Assembly: GCA_010093745.1 (NCBI GenBank) | Contig: MU005991.1 | Span: forward strand, 69,678-133,677 | Source of the DNA: Piedraia hortae CBS 480.64 | Taxonomy: Eukaryota | Length of the DNA stretch: 64,000 nt | Reading direction: 5' to 3' | In this document: piece by piece, positions 1 through 13,438 of the stretch | Position numbering within the stretch: the first letter of the stretch is position 1 | Layout: the number at the start of each line of letters is the position of its first letter | Program-made: the position numbers and the translations under genes | The notes under the pieces: generated by a model | The model's database searches: none | Told to the model about the DNA's origin: nothing | What the model saw: only the letters and a program-made list of their open reading frames with translations

Positions 1-445
1 CCGAACTAGCCGCCGGATGTCAATCTAGAATGATCACAGAACGACCAGCGGGAGCACATGGAAAATTTGTATTTAGAAAGACTCAATGTGTGGTGCACAC
101 AGTTGATATTGATCACTTTAGCTGTAGTAGCTGTTGTCATCAACCACCCCCTTCCTTGCCTCCTCGACGACTATCCTATTGATTATCAATCGCTCCCCTT
201 GGCCGTCGTGATCTTGGACTATCATGGACCCCGTTTACTGACACCGACCGATTTTTTCGCCATCTAAGCATCCCAGACCTTGCCATAAGTTAACAGAGGC
301 GCAGTAAGACTCGGGTCTCGCGGGAAACTCGCATTACCAACAGATACCATCATAAAGTCTGCATGTCCATCTATTTCATTTTTCCACGCATGCTTGGCCA
401 AGTGGTCTCTCCTACATCATTACAGCTTCGCCCATTCTATCGTAC

Positions 446-1080
446 TTGCAAAGCCTCTTCCATAGCCATATTATCTTTCAAAATAGTCGAATACTCCGAT
501 ATCATACCCACAGACAGAACCGATCCCAAGAACCCTCGCCAACACCACCTCTTTTGTTCAAGAAGATAACGAGCTCGAGTACTAGGGAAGAAAGAGCCAA
601 GAGGCTATCCAAGATGCACCGACCTGGACCCACGCTTCACAGACCTGCTACCTATCTGCGGGTATGTCAACGAGCTACGGGGAGAACTGAAATTCCAACA
701 TGAAACCACCCACGAGGGTACGAATAATTAGGCCTACGATTAGACGACATGCAAGAGAGGACTGTGAAAGACATTTGGCGTCTGCGGCACGAAAGCTGGC
801 CCTAGAAAGTGAGAGGGTGGACTCCACATTTGTATGCCGCAGCTCGATGACGTCTGCGCCTGAGTCAACTCGTGTAGTACCACTACATCACCAATCTGAC
901 CACGGTGAACAGTCTTTCCTAAAAGTTCGGGTACCCAATCGCTGGGCAAACATGGCTATCACAATTTCACAGGCACTCTCGATTCGAACCCTCGTAAAAC
1001 TTTCGGCAACCCCTCTCTACCACCCATTGACCAATTACAATAGCCAAGCCAACCCCCGTGCAATTACTAGGTACCTAACT
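446..1080 (+). mobile_element. Possible highly decayed LINE (Tad1-like) ORF2 3' remnant
   Basis: STREERAKRLSK resembles the RNase H GNERADRLAK motif; HHQSDHG resembles the C-terminal His/Cys region; frames are broken. Confidence 0.25.
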
Positions 1081-1106
1081 TAGCTGAGCAACCCCATTAT
1101 CTCGAA

Positions 1107-1145
1107 AGTTAAATTGGGGTGCGAAACTCGCACCCCAGTTTAACT
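1107..1145. repeat. 17-bp hairpin (inverted repeat)
   Basis: AGTTAAATTGGGGTGCG-AAACT-CGCACCCCAGTTTAACT, one T.G pair. Confidence 0.85.
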
Positions 1146-1249
1146 CTCTCAAGTACAGATAACAGTAACTGCCACCAGACGACACGTTCTGCACACCCCC
1201 AAGCTGCCTAACGCGATGCACAAGGGGGCGGTAAGACTGGCAGAAGATC

Positions 1250-2150
1250 TTGGAGCACCTGCTCTTGACTGCTTCCGGTCTGCTAGCCCAGGGTATGGAG
1301 GTAATCATCGCAATGCCTTCATGGAAGGACATGTCTCCTTGGTAACATCCTACCGCAAGGGGTTTTCGGTTACCGGTAGCACGAAGCTGCTGCATCGATT
1401 TCTGCCGAGATCTTTCCGTCGTGACTATGGCGAGACCGACGCCATGAACCAACAAGCCGGCCACTCGGGGGCGCTTACGCCCGTGAGATTGGAGAAGTGC
1501 CCGGCCATGTCACGTCGTGAGGAGCCCAGCGGCTTGCCATAAGAATCCAGTAGCACAATCTACAGGGGTTGGTTGTGGAGTTTGTCTGACAGAAACAACG
1601 GGCGGATGATGTAAGGTTGAAGTAGAGGAAGCAGAGCCTCCTCACGCCGCGGACCTTGGTGAGATCCGCGACAAACCCGAATATGAATCCAGGACTCTCG
1701 GAATGCCATACAGCAGAGGATTCAAAGGTTCCCTGCCTTGGGCCACTCAGCCCAACTGATTTTGGAGAAGACAACTATACGCCTACACCGGCGTTCGAGA
1801 ATTGAAGATGGCGCTATTCAAACCCCAGAGACTGTTCTCGGACGTTGCTATACGCAAACAGTCTTGCTGCGCAATGACCTTGCCGTTCGTCCCAAGTCAT
1901 CCGGTGCGTCTCCTCACCATCCAATCGAATCGGAAACTCTGCGAAATAGAAACGGCTGCCCAAATCTCTCGAAAAGCCCTGGGATTCGGCAGGGTTTTCT
2001 TCGCATCCAATGTATCCTTTCCTTGACGGTTCATATACGAGCCTTTCCCATCAAGATCGTTAGCGGGGAACGATTTCTTGCAGCCGGGGAATGATATAGT
2101 TGTACTTCGTTGGTGTTTCTTACTTGGTGTGTGGCTGGTGGTCTTCATAC
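1250..2150 (-). mobile_element. Decayed Ty3/gypsy pol remnant (RNase H end to integrase)
   Basis: WAAVSISQSFRFDWMVRRRTG resembles ARWxExLQxFDFxIxYRPG; RCFCQTN resembles the HHCC Zn finger; LVHGVGLAIVT resembles LHGxPxxIVSD. Confidence 0.45.
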
Positions 2151-2314
2151 ACCGTGGTAAAAAAAAACAATTATCACTGTTGGGCTCCGGAACACCTCAG
2201 GATGTTATGCTTGGCGATAGAGCGTTTCCCTGCGTAATAGCTATGTAGCGAAGAGATATATTTACTGCAAGAGATGTCTACAGCAGCGAATTTACTCATC
2301 ATGCAAAGGCTTCT

Positions 2315-3594
2315 ATGACACTTGAAGTCCTCTTTGACACTGGCAGTGAGTGTCACATCACCAATGATTCGGCATCTCAGATCAGGAACCATCATTTAGT
2401 GGCGATCTATACGGGAGCTGAGCATATCTCAATGCACTATGTACCCAGCTTTCCTACCAAGATCTTGTCGGGAGAACGTGTGATACGCAATGGTGGAAAG
2501 CTTGAGAACAACGTCCCCATCGCCCTGCTGGTTAACTCAAGTGTGAGAGACGCGGATGCTTACTTTGGACATACGGCATTCTCAAATCGATTACCTCGTC
2601 CTAGGAGAGAACCCAACTGACTAGAGTATTGATCCTTCGGCACCGCCGGTTGGCACACTGCAGTCATTTCCCCTCTGAAGAATTCTACAGTTGCGATGAA
2701 TGCCGACGCCGTACGCTTGTACCCAACGCGAGAGTTGGTACGTCAGAGCAACCACGCGGGGTTTGCAAAATGCATGATGTGGTGCTGGCTGTTGCGGATT
2801 TCAAAAAAGGCGGTAGTACTGAAGTTCGCCTTCGGCTGCAACTTGACGGAGCTGTAAAACAGCTCCAGTTCGACGGTTGTCGTACACTGAGGATGCCTAG
2901 AAAAGCTAGAATGACAGCTTCTTCGACCCATGGAGAGATTAAACCTTGCCGAAGTCACTCGGACCGTCTGGCTCTGCAACCTGGATATTACGCCACATTT
3001 CATGGTTGTGAAGTTCACAGATCCGCCACTCAAATCGACCTAGTAGTGTGTAAACATCACCCGCCCACGAGGCGTACAAGTGGATGCTCAAAGAATGCGA
3101 CCGACGACGCCCATTCAAAATGGCTCCCTAAACACCCAGCAGCTCAATGTCATTCAAGCATGGGTGTATCTCGCGTGGTGCTTACACCGAACGAAATTTC
3201 TTCTGGTGCCGATTCCCACAATGATGCACCTGCTATTTGCCGCTACTGATTACGATGGCACTTCACAACACAGTGGATAGCATGATTGATCGACACGTTG
3301 TCTCCCATCTCTATGACAGCTCTGAAAAAGCGACTGCGGAAGAGTGGCATATTTGGAAAAGTCGGAAAGCCTACATGCCGGGTAAGACGGTCTTACAGTG
3401 GACTCAGGCGGAAGATGATGCGGTTGTGCGAAGCGAGAGTTTCTGGGAGGCCAGAGGAAGTGCTATGGCACACAGTTTCCTTTGACTCTCGCCTACACGC
3501 TGACGGTGCATGGCCCTATCAAAGGTCATACTGGTTCAGTCGACCTGACCCTGTTCTACGTCGGTGTCCGCCGACTAGAAGACTTGATGTTTGA
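2315..3594 (+). mobile_element. Decayed Ty1/copia pol remnant
   Basis: Protease-like VLFDTGSECHITND (2315-), pre-integrase LRHRRLAH...CDEC (2629-), RT-like DTLSPISMTALK (3286-), in copia order; many frameshifts and stops. Confidence 0.7.
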
Positions 3595-3754
3595 GGAAGG
3601 TTTCGACTTTGACCGAAGGGAAGGCAAATGACAGCCTTAGCAATGGGATTGGGCACGGCGATTCGTCCGCTTCACTAGAGACTGCCATCTCATCACCATA
3701 AGCAATCATTCGCAACATTCCAAGGTCAGCAGGGCCGATAGCGAGCACTAGCTC

Positions 3755-4500
3755 AAGCCATATCGCATGTCACAGGAAGAGCAAGCGGTTTTGGACGCAT
3801 GGTACGCGAATAACCTTTCTAAAGATTTCATTCAAAAGAGCGCACCCCCAATTGCCTCACTCGAAAGCCGTCCGTGCTATCGAAACTCAACGCTCAGTCG
3901 ATAGCGTTGCTTCCTTGTCCACTCTGATGTATTCAGGCAAGGACCCATTGCAATTTTTTGCCGAGTTTCAGCGAGTAGTAAGGGATTGCAAAGCTTCCAG
4001 ATGTGAGTTGGACAACAGCGAAAGGGCAGCAGAGACAGCTCGCTCTGTTGCAAATGTGGAGACCATCCACCTTCTTGTCCAAAAGGAAAGATCGGCAACG
4101 GGACAAGTTTCCGTCCACCACGACGCCACAGTCATGGATCGTCAAGGCCCTGCGAGTCTGCTTGGATTACCGCAGGAACGAAACGAGACGCATGCCTCAT
4201 AACCAGGGCAGATGGCTCCAGCGCGATTTTTCACAAAGCACGATGTGATCTCAGCCTTTACCTGGGTTTGGAAGACTGCGTGTGTCTAAATAGGGCGAGA
4301 CGTCTGAAAGACCGCCGAGGGCCAATTTGAATGGATTGTCCTGCCGTTCGGACTCACAAACGCGCCAGCTTCCAGGCACCTAGTCATCAACAGCCTATCA
4401 TACATGGCTGGCTTCGTCTCCGCGTATCTCGACTACATTTTGCGTCGGCATAACTCACCTGGACCGACCGTGCAACTTGTGCTGGGGAGAAACCAACGAA
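3755..4500 (+). mobile_element. Decayed Ty3/gypsy reverse transcriptase remnant, interrupted by a possible gag-like insert (about 3850-4100)
   Basis: PYRMSQEEQAVLDAW..NNLSKDFIQKS, LRVCLDYR, GQFEWIVLPFGLTNAPAS, FVSAYLDY (degenerate YLDD). Confidence 0.75.
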
Positions 4501-4718
4501 ACATCAGCATCTCCAACCGTCCGTTTCCTTGAGCCTGGTTTTCGGCCGCAAGCCTTCAAGTGGACTCACTAAAGACATCCTCAACATGCATCCCATACCA
4601 ATGAACCATAAGCTTCTAGTCAGAGATTCCCTCAATCGAAAAAAACTATAAAAGCAGTAAACACCACTGTTCTGTCTTCCCATCCCTAGCAAATCAAACC
4701 CCCCCTCCCTTTCTCAGC

Positions 4719-5900
4719 TCATCCCACCTCACCCTTTTCCCCGCCCTTATACTCTAACAATTCACTCTGCTGTTCATCCCACTCCTCCTTCATTCTCAAC
4801 GCCTCTAACCTCCCACTCCTCCTCTGCATGATAAAAAACACCACAAAGCCCACAATACACAACGTCACAAAGCCAATGACTCCGCATGCGATTCCGACTT
4901 TTGCGCCGGAAGAAAGTCCCGTCCAGAGTTTTTTGCCTAGACTTTCGCGATGGACGGCTTTGGCGGCTGCAGAGAGGCCCGGGACGGTCTTGATGGAGTC
5001 CCATGTGCCGGTCTGCGTGGTGTAGGTGAAGTGGCTTGCGTTGACTGCCAGATCGGTAATTTTCAGGGAGGAGATGAGCATTGTGAACGGCCTGTTCATC
5101 TGTTAGGACCGAGAGAGGAGAGGGGGAGGGGGAGGGGCGAGGGAAGATGCAAAGACGGAAAGGAAAAGCAGACATGAACGTGCAGAAACAAAAACACAGC
5201 CCAGGGATGGAATGACTCACCCCTTCTTCCAATCTGTCCTCCCACCCGCCCACTCAATCGTCCCCTCCGGCTGAGTCGCATCCCCACCAGCCCAAATCCC
5301 CAACTTCACCCTCGACGGGGTCTGGGGATACTTTCCCGGCTCCGCAGCAATTAACGTCCTCACCAACTTCCCATCCACAAACCACCTAATCGCGTCCTTA
5401 TCCCAGACGATGGTATAGTTATGCATCTTCTCCTGCGGCAAATCAACCTCATGATACTTTGCATTCATCTGTGTCAAATTCCCCCATCCGTACCAGTTCG
5501 TCTCCACGAACCCGTGATTCCCGCCCATGATTTCAAGATCGATTTCATCGAGATCGTCGGATAAAAGGTCAAAGGTACTGATGATTCCCGTCCCCGCTGC
5601 AGCGCGCATGATCACCTCCACCGTCCCGCCGAAGATGTAAAAGTTCGATTCCGCGGTGACGGAGTCGCCTGATTTGCTGATTGTGAAGATTGCACCGGTG
5701 TCGTTGAAGGTGATGTCGCCCGCTGTGACGGTCCAGAGGTGCGGGTTGAGTTCTGTTGTTGAAGAATTGAAGACGGTTTGGTAGGTCGTCCCAAGGGCTG
5801 GGTCGTGAGGACAATTGGTGCTGTTTAGGGGATTGCATACTGTTGACGTCTGCGCTGCGGCCGATGCGAGCAAGAGGCTCAAGACCCAGCAAGGGAGCAT
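4719..5900 (-). CDS. GH16 Crh-like cell-wall transglycosylase with C-terminal TM helix; exons 5900-5221, 5091-4719
   Basis: Signal peptide, CNPLN..CP, catalytic DEIDLE, YPQTPSRVKLGIWAGG; GT-AG intron 5220-5092 joins DWKKG to PFTM. Confidence 0.92.
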
Positions 5901-6571
5901 TTTGGTGGAAGGGGAGGAACGATTTCACGTGGAAACGGCTCTCGGGGTTAAGGGGGTGCTTAACGGTTCCTTCTCGACGACATTCACCGGGAGCGAGGAA
6001 TGCGAGCGCCAATGCACGCGGGCGGCGCGTTCATGATTCGATAGGCGGCTTGGTATATTAAAGATAATCCCCCCGAATTAGCCGTATTTTGGGCGGATTT
6101 CTTTTCTCAAGTACCACCCGTCAAAGTCGTGTAGCATCAAACCGAGTTTTGGATGTTTGGTCAGTGGTACAGTCCACGCGAACAGCGATTGCTTGCGTTT
6201 TCCGTATTTGAACTAAGGAGTCTAAAATGGGACTGCGGACTACATGTATCTTTACGTAGCTTGCTAGGTATTATTGCAACTCGGAGAGATTTGGACCAGG
6301 TAACACAGGTCTGACCGCTTTTTTTCAATTGCCGCAATGGACCAACAGTGGGATTGTAGTGTGACTGCAGAGTGCGACATCCAACAACCCAACGGCCGAC
6401 TATTCCCAATTGGGACTTTCGTCTCGGCCGCCTTGAGAGAGTCCAACGCCGTGAAATGTTTGCCTAGAGCCGTGTTTTTATTCTCTTGTGGCTTCTCTTT
6501 TGTCGGGCTTGGCCGGAGTTGTAATTTTGCTGGCGGCTGCCCGGTGAGAGAGGATTTTTGACCGGGAAAAA

Positions 6572-8776
6572 ATGGACGATGAGGATTCCAAAGCAGTAAA
6601 GGCCCGTCGGAACAGCCACGTCTCGCCCGGCTCGTCAAGTGAAGGCAACAGTCGGGATGGCCGACGACGACTCGAGGAGGAAGTGTCCGGTCCGAGGCTT
6701 TTCCGCACCACCAGATCGATTGCTAAGGGCAAAAAACCGCTGGAGCTTCTGGATCTTCCTTTGGACATCTTGCGCGGGATTGTCAAAGAAGTAACGCACA
6801 CCAACGATCTGACGGCGCTCGCACTGTGTCATAGCTCCCTCCATCGGCTCGTCATCCCGCACTTGTACTCTCGCTTCGACATTGTATGGCCGGATACCAA
6901 TGTCCATACGGAGCCGAGATCGGGCGTCGATGCGCTGACGTTCGGACTCGCCACGCTTGTTAAAGCAGAAGAGGTATTTGGCGAGGCTCCGGAGCAGCTC
7001 AGGCCGGATCATATGATATCCAAAAGACTCGGAAACCACTATGCCGAGTTTACCAAGAACTTCTCACTTGGGAACGGTCCGCCTGATTGGGTGCAAGACT
7101 ATCTCATCTTCAAAGACTCTGGTAAGATGCTGGGTACGCTGGTCGGCCTCGCAGTTGCTCGCATGCGATCTCTTGAAAGCTTTACCTGGGATATGCCTAC
7201 GGGAATCTTGCAAGACGTGTGGTTGTCGCTTTCTTCGCTGAAGAACAAGCACTCTCCGTGTCGGCTGGAGAGGGTCTGGGTGAGGTTTCATAACAACTCG
7301 ACCATCATGTCGCCGGCGTTGCCTCTGAGTCTGCAGAGCCGGCCAAGTCAGGGGAACCCGACGATGCCGCATCTCGATTTTTCGGCTTTGGACCGTGTTG
7401 AAAGACCTTCATTCTCCATCTTGCCACCTCTGAAAAGCCTCAGCGTGCTAGAGGTGGACGAGCTGTCATACCTGGATGAAATGTCAGTTCTAATCGCCAA
7501 CTCTGTTCATAAACTGCGCGAGTTGCGAGTAGGAATTGCGAGACATGCCCTGCACGCACAGTGGGCAAGTTGCTGGGAAGGCAATGATTTGCAGCAGGTA
7601 GATTGGGAGTATCCAACAGCCGGGGCAGCAACCATCGGCCCCAAACGTTTCGGCGGTGTGCTTGGCATACTGACAGGCTTCGTGCGGCCAATGAAGTCTA
7701 TAAAGACGTCTCCAGCGGATACAGCACCTGTGCGTGCACATCCTCAGCTGGCAAAGTATCGTAGTAGGCCTCGGAGTCAAAATCTGACCGAGAAGCAGTG
7801 TCTGCAGCTCGAGGTTCTAGAGCTAGAGCTCGTTGCGCTATGCGTACCAGTGCTGCAGCAGGCCATCGACTGGTCGAGATTGACATCTCTGACGTTGCTT
7901 AAATGCGCCGACCATGAGCGGCTCTGGAAAGCGCTTTGGAAGACGTATACCCCAGCATCAAAGCAACGCAGCCGCTCCTCAACACCCTCCAAAGACAAGC
8001 AGCCCGAACAGCCACAACCCCTCGAGTACCCCTTGAAGCTCACCAAAATCCACACCGACACCGTGTCATCGATGCTGTTGACGTTTCTCAAAGAAACCCT
8101 CGGTCCGGACACGCTCGAAGCCCTGTTCCTCCAAGACACTGTAACCTACGACTCGAACGTAAGCGTCAGCTCAATCTTTAAAGGTCCCGTGCGACGCCAC
8201 CGCAACAGTCTCAGAAAACTCCTCATCGACAGTAGCGACAAGGCTGAACCTCAGCCGCAGCAGCCAGGACAGCAACAGCAGCAACAACAACAGACATCCA
8301 CACGATGGCAGAAATGGCTCATCAGTCGCGAGCTGCTGGCCTTTATCTGCAGCGGCAAGCTACCGATGCTCAAGGAGCTGGGCATGGCGATTGATTTCCA
8401 AGACTGGGTAGGTTTTGACAAAACTTTCAGGCATAGACTGACTCGTCCAAAAGCACTTTTTCCTGCAGCATTTGTCATTCGTGCCACAGCTGAGGTCCTT
8501 GTACATTCCGTATCTGGCGTCGATGCAGGAAAACGGCATTGACGCAAAGGAATTGGCGCTGCAGATTGTGGACATTGTGGCGCTGAAACCGACTATTGAG
8601 TTGTGTTACCTGGGAATCGGGTGTAAGTGTTTTGAGATTATGGATGATAAGTTTGGTTGGGATGAGAGGATTCATGTTCAGGTGGAAGGAGGCAGTGAGG
8701 AGGATGAGTCTGAAGAAGAGTATAGTGATGAGGAGAGCAGTGGGGAGGGTGAACACGATGTGGACGATGATGATGA

Positions 8777-8807
<31 letters not shown>

Positions 8808-8963
8808 AATGACGGTGAGAACAGCGATGACGACGAACAAGACGACGACGCATCTTCAGAACTGGACAGTGAACATCTCCGCGGCACGAGGCTCAATTTA
8901 AGGGAAATTTTGTTTTATGATGATAAAGTTGCCATTTTCAAAGCCAGACATGGGACTCTATAA
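6572..8963 (+). CDS. F-box domain protein with acidic C-terminus; exons 6572-8407, 8454-8963
   Basis: F-box LLDLPLDILRGIV; intron 8408-8453 (GTAGGT..CTGAC..AAG) joins the two ORFs in frame; C-terminal LREILFYDDKVAIFKARHGTL. Confidence 0.88.
8764..8810 (+). repeat. (GAY)n trinucleotide tract encoding poly-Asp
   Basis: GACGATGATGATGATGACGACGAC... Confidence 0.9.
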
Positions 8964-8974
8964 AAATTGTCTAT

Positions 8975-10429
8975 TCAGCTAGGCGTTGGGGCATGAGCAG
9001 CAGCATTTTTCTCCCTGTCATCAGCTTTCATCTCAACATCCTCTTGATCATTTAGATCATCCCCTCGTCCACCACCCTGAACACCGTCTTCCTCTAGATG
9101 TACACCACCGCCTTGCCCATCTTCCCTAACCTCAGTCTTCAACGTGCCCCCCTTCCTCTTCGGAATAGCTTTAACAAACGCCTCCCCCCAGTCCCCACAC
9201 TCCAACCACTTCAGCATTATCTCCACAACATGATTCGTAGCCAGAACCTGTCTTGTTTTGAGATGCATAAACTCCCCAATCGGCAGTCTAGCCGTTCGAA
9301 CCCCTTTCTCCTTTGCCCTTCTATAACACAGTCCCTTTTCACGATTCTTATCCACCAGTCCGCCGACGATATAAGTGCTGTAAGGTTTGAGGTGTGTAAG
9401 CGTTTCCTCTGCGTCGGACGTTAGATACACGACCTCGCCATTGTCTTGGGTTTCCGCGGTAGCTTCCATCTCGCTCTCTCCATCTTCCTTCTCCGCATTA
9501 CTGGTAGCGGTAGTGGCTCGTCTTCCCCCCTCAACCTTAGCGATGGCCTCCCCGGTAGCGGTAATATCAGCATCACCTCCTCTTCTCCCTTGCCCATTCA
9601 TGGCAGCTTTAGCATTCCCACCTCCCTCCTCTCCAGCATCCCCCTTCCCCTCTGCGTGGGGTGTATTCTCCCCCGTAGGAAACCCCCCAGCCTCCCTCCC
9701 CTGTGGTCCAGTCATCCACCCCCCCGCCCGTCCCGCGACCTGATCAAACCCCTCCCCAAAAAACCTCACACCCTTCCAGTGTCTGTAATGAGTTAAAACA
9801 TTCTCAAACCTCTCCTTCAGAACTCCACTAAACGACGAAATCGCAAGGTGAATTCTACATGCGCTTTTGCGGTTATCAGAGTATGCCCGTGTGATCTGTG
9901 CAGCGAGGGAGACGATTTCGTTGGGTTTCATGTATGAATCGAAGGAGCAGTCGATTATTATCGTGACGGGGAGGAGGGTGGGTTGGATTTTGGTGGGGGG
10001 TGGGTTGCCCGTTGGATGGACTTCCGCGGATGGATTGGTTTCATTGAGGAGGCCTTGTTGGTCTCCATCGGGAGAGTTTTGATCCGATGGTGGGAGTGGA
10101 TCAGTTGGCTGGGATGATTTAGCCTGCCGCTTCCTCTGCCTTCGTGCAGCTTGTTTCGCTTTGCGGATGACTTTGCGCTCCTCGCGGAGGGACTCCCAGT
10201 GGGCTTTTTTGCGGAGTTTTTTTTGTTGGGTTTTGGATAAGGGTGGGGAACCCAAGGGGGGGGATGTTGATTCCATTTGCGAATGGGTTCGTTTGAGGGA
10301 TTTGGGAGTGAGAGATCCGGGGGAGGGTTGGTCCATATTTTCTGAGTTGGATTGTTCGTTCGTGTCTGATTGTTCAATCTTGGGTTGTTCGGTCATTTTT
10401 GAGAGTTCGTCCTTGGGTTGTTTGGTCAT
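8975..10429 (-). CDS. TRM10: tRNA (guanine9-N1)-methyltransferase
   Basis: [55 protein letters not shown]; first in-frame ATG 10429 (ORF track starts at an upstream TTG). Confidence 0.93.
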   Translation of the reverse strand: MTKQPKDELSKMTEQPKIEQSDTNEQSNSENMDQPSPGSLTPKSLKRTHSQMESTSPPLGSPPLSKTQQKKLRKKAHWESLREERKVIRKAKQAARRQRKRQAKSSQPTDPLPPSDQNSPDGDQQGLLNETNPSAEVHPTGNPPPTKIQPTLLPVTIIIDCSFDSYMKPNEIVSLAAQITRAYSDNRKSACRIHLAISSFSGVLKERFENVLTHYRHWKGVRFFGEGFDQVAGRAGGWMTGPQGREAGGFPTGENTPHAEGKGDAGEEGGGNAKAAMNGQGRRGGDADITATGEAIAKVEGGRRATTATSNAEKEDGESEMEATAETQDNGEVVYLTSDAEETLTHLKPYSTYIVGGLVDKNREKGLCYRRAKEKGVRTARLPIGEFMHLKTRQVLATNHVVEIMLKWLECGDWGEAFVKAIPKRKGGTLKTEVREDGQGGGVHLEEDGVQGGGRGDDLNDQEDVEMKADDREKNAAAHAPTPS

Positions 10430-10701
10430 TGTGCGTTGAGTACTTTGTGCTCCACTCTGTCTTGTGGGGCCCACGTGGTGTGTTTGGTGTGTTTGGTGAG
10501 ATTCGGTGTTCGTGATACGATTTGATCGTGAGATCAGGGCTGTGAAGAATGGACTCTTCTCCGGGGGGGTGTACTCTTCTCCGAGAGCTCGTTCCAACGA
10601 TATTATTTTGTTGGTCCCACAGTTGGTGCATTTGACAGCGGTAAAACCCCGGGTATTGACAACCTCACCCGTTAACACCGCGCGGCGGAACAGCTCCAAA
10701 G

Positions 10702-11155
10702 ATGCCCCAGGATATGCCGCCTACGGGCGGCTACGCCCCCGTGCAGTATCGCCGCAATCTTCCCGTGCGTGGCTTCAAGCCTGGCTACTACCTCCTCGCC
10801 ATGGGCGTCATATGTTCCTACGGCTTCTACAAATACGGCGTTGGGATTCGGGAGCAGAAGTGAGCCGTTCTCACATCCCTACAGGGACATGTTTGTTGCT
10901 AACAGTTGTTAGCGAACTGGCGCGGGAAAAGATGTGGTCCCGTATTCACCTGGTGCCGCTGCTCCAGGCTGAAGAAGACCGTGATCAGGTCCGACGGATG
11001 CTCTCGAGGGAGAAGGCAGAGAGGGAAGTGTTTGGCAAGGAAGCCAAGGTTTACAACTCGGATCGGTACGACTCTTTACATCCTTCTACGGAATGTCTAC
11101 TGACTTAACTAGGTTCGTTCGACCGACGTACGCCCCAACACCACTGCAGAAGTGA
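10702..11155 (+). CDS. NDUFA13: Complex I subunit GRIM-19/B16.6; exons 10702-10859, 10913-11065, 11113-11155
   Basis: [21 protein letters not shown]..., [34 protein letters not shown]; two canonical introns. Confidence 0.93.
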
Positions 11156-11197
11156 GAATAAGAATTATGTTGACACAAAATAATACACACACAAGAC

Positions 11198-12361
11198 TCA
11201 GTCCTCCTCCCGTTTGTTGATGAAATACGCTTTGGCGACCTCGTATGCCGACCAGCAAATGGCTGTGCTGGGAGCTGCCATCAAGACTCGGGCTTTTATG
11301 CCCCGCACGAAGCCTCGCGCACCTTCCCGATCCCAGATGACGCGCGTTCCGCTCCAGAGGCCGGTGGCGAGTCTGACTTGAGCATCGCTCGACGCTCCTC
11401 GCGTCTGCAACAGAGTCTTGACCACATCCAACGGCGTCGTCGCAGCCGCTGCCACGCCGCCCGCGACACCCCCGGCGACGCAGTGCGTCAGCGGGTCATA
11501 ACCGTTATTGCGTCGCCGCTTCTGAATCGCCGTTGTCAATGACTCGTACGCCATAAACTGCAGCGCCGTATACGGCACTGTCATGGTGAGGGTCGTCGGG
11601 TATGAAATGTAGAAGGCGCGCAGACCCTCATTGTGGAAAACGCTGCGCGCGCACTGTGCAATACTGCGGTAAGTAGACCCGTGCACCTGCATCCGCTGCT
11701 TGATCACGTCAAACGGATTCATGAAGGCGTCACTTGCGATCGTTGCGCATGCGCCACTCATTGCTGGTCACATCAGTCACCGTCCTGCTGAAAGCCTAGG
11801 AATAACAAACCTGCGGCAAAAGGATGATGCCCTTGAGCGTTCCCGCCAAGGGACTGCTTAACAACCTCGTAGGTAGCAAAGTAGACAGCGTGGGCGGGTC
11901 CGGCGCCGACTACGACGCTGGATAGTCCTCGCCATAGCGACATGTAGCCCTCCAGCCGGGAGATTGTAGATATCGCATTCCCGATGCCTGTATAGACCGC
12001 CCCCGGCGACGGACTAACGACCTGCATCCGCGTCTTGAGCACATCGACCGGATACATGACCGCGTGTTCCTAGCCATGTTAGCTATCCTTATCTGATAAT
12101 CTGATTGTCATCAGAAAACGCACTGCTATCCCGGCAAACGCCCCCGCCGCCATGTTTGCAGCGAGGGAAAAGTTAGGTGGCAGCGATTCGTAGCTGCAGA
12201 CTGTGGTTAGCTTTTTTCCGCGGCCAGCGTGCATCGCGCACCTACTCGTATTCTTCAATGGGCTCAATTACAGAATGGTGCTCGTGCACCGGCGACACGG
12301 TCTCCCGCATGCTTGCGCTGGCGGTGGCGGGTGTTGCTGTGGTGGCGGCGTTGAGGGCCAT
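11198..12361 (-). CDS. MRS3: Mitochondrial iron carrier (mitoferrin, Mrs3/Mrs4 family); introns 12245-12194, 12123-12070, 11810-11764
   Basis: DYESLP, AGAFAGIAEHAVMYPVDVLKTRMQ, GAGPAHAVYF, three PxDxxK carrier motifs. Confidence 0.92.
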
Positions 12362-12556
12362 GGAGGGAGCGGGAGAGGAGGGCGGGACGGAGAGGGACGA
12401 AGATTTTTCTATGCTTGGCTTGCTATGCTCCGCCGTCGCAAAGTTGCTCAGTATGGGTGCCGATAGTGTTCGGTGTTTTCGAAGTGATGGAGTGGTTTCC
12501 AGCTCCCACAATCTCAACAGCCTTCATTACGACCGTCTAACTAATGCAAGTGTTAT

Positions 12557-13438
12557 CTACTCGGGTACACCCGCCTTTCGCAACGCCTCATCCACCCCCA
12601 GCTCGGCTTTCGTTCCGTCCGGCAATTCGGCATCGCCCACGTTCCAGTTTGGGTTTGTCTCGGTTTTAAGCCACTTGAAGTCGTCGACCTGGTTCCACAT
12701 ATTGGTCCCATCGCCAGGCAGAGGCGCAAACGTGATGGACCGACAATCCTCGATAATCGGCCTCGACGATACGTGCAGGTACACGCGCGTGTCCTTCGAG
12801 TCGTGCATGCGCCATTGGCGTGCCTGGCACAATATGACCGACTCCCGCACATTCGTCAGGTGGACTGGTCCGTCGACATTACCCGTCAGAACAAGACAGC
12901 GATCGAGGTGGCTCAACATCAAGCTGGAGATGCGCTGACTTGAAGAGCGGAAGTCTACCACGCATCGCGTCAGGTTTGACAGTGTAACAGAGCTGGCTTT
13001 CTCTGGTGGCACTATGCGCTCGCCCCGCCGGTTTGGCGCTGTTCCGTTGGCCTCGACTCCATTTACACTCGACAGCTCAGGCCTGGCTTTCGCCTTGGCC
13101 GCAAAGGCAAGGCCGGAGCTAAAGGAGAATCTCGGCCTCGGATCCAGTGATACCTGAACCGTATCCAGCCTCTGGAAGAGCGCCCTAATGGCCTTGGCAT
13201 ACGTCTCCCGATCGCGTGCCGGCATCATTGCTGAATGAGCCTGGACGGCATCTGAGAGCCGAGCGATGCTGGCCCGACAATGGTCCATGGCATCCGCCCG
13301 CTCCCCTCCAAGAGTGGTTTGATGCTGAAGACGGTCAATCTGATCCTGCAAGTCGACAGCTGCCTGTTGAAAATGAAGAAAGAAGCTTTCAGCCGACGAA
13401 TAGGCCCGCTTTCGCTGGAGCTCTGGGGTAGCATCCAT
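12557..13438 (-). CDS. TBCC: Tubulin-binding cofactor C
   Basis: GNVDGPVHL, CQARQWRMHDS, SSRPIIEDC, NMWNQVDDFKWLK..NPNW. Confidence 0.9.
   Translation of the reverse strand: MDATPELQRKRAYSSAESFFLHFQQAAVDLQDQIDRLQHQTTLGGERADAMDHCRASIARLSDAVQAHSAMMPARDRETYAKAIRALFQRLDTVQVSLDPRPRFSFSSGLAFAAKAKARPELSSVNGVEANGTAPNRRGERIVPPEKASSVTLSNLTRCVVDFRSSSQRISSLMLSHLDRCLVLTGNVDGPVHLTNVRESVILCQARQWRMHDSKDTRVYLHVSSRPIIEDCRSITFAPLPGDGTNMWNQVDDFKWLKTETNPNWNVGDAELPDGTKAELGVDEALRKAGVPE

Noticed and set aside
1..4500. Strong RIP signature in the TE remnants
   Set aside because: The remnants are not visibly AT- or TpA-rich; decay is mainly by indels and mixed substitutions, although a few C-to-T stops elsewhere are RIP-compatible
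8475..8901. Poly-V, poly-S, poly-R and poly-T ORFs
   Set aside because: Alternate frames of the GAY repeat in the F-box gene
10430..10699. N-terminal extension of TRM10 in the ORF track
   Set aside because: It starts at TTG and runs through the promoter shared with GRIM-19; the first ATG is at 10429
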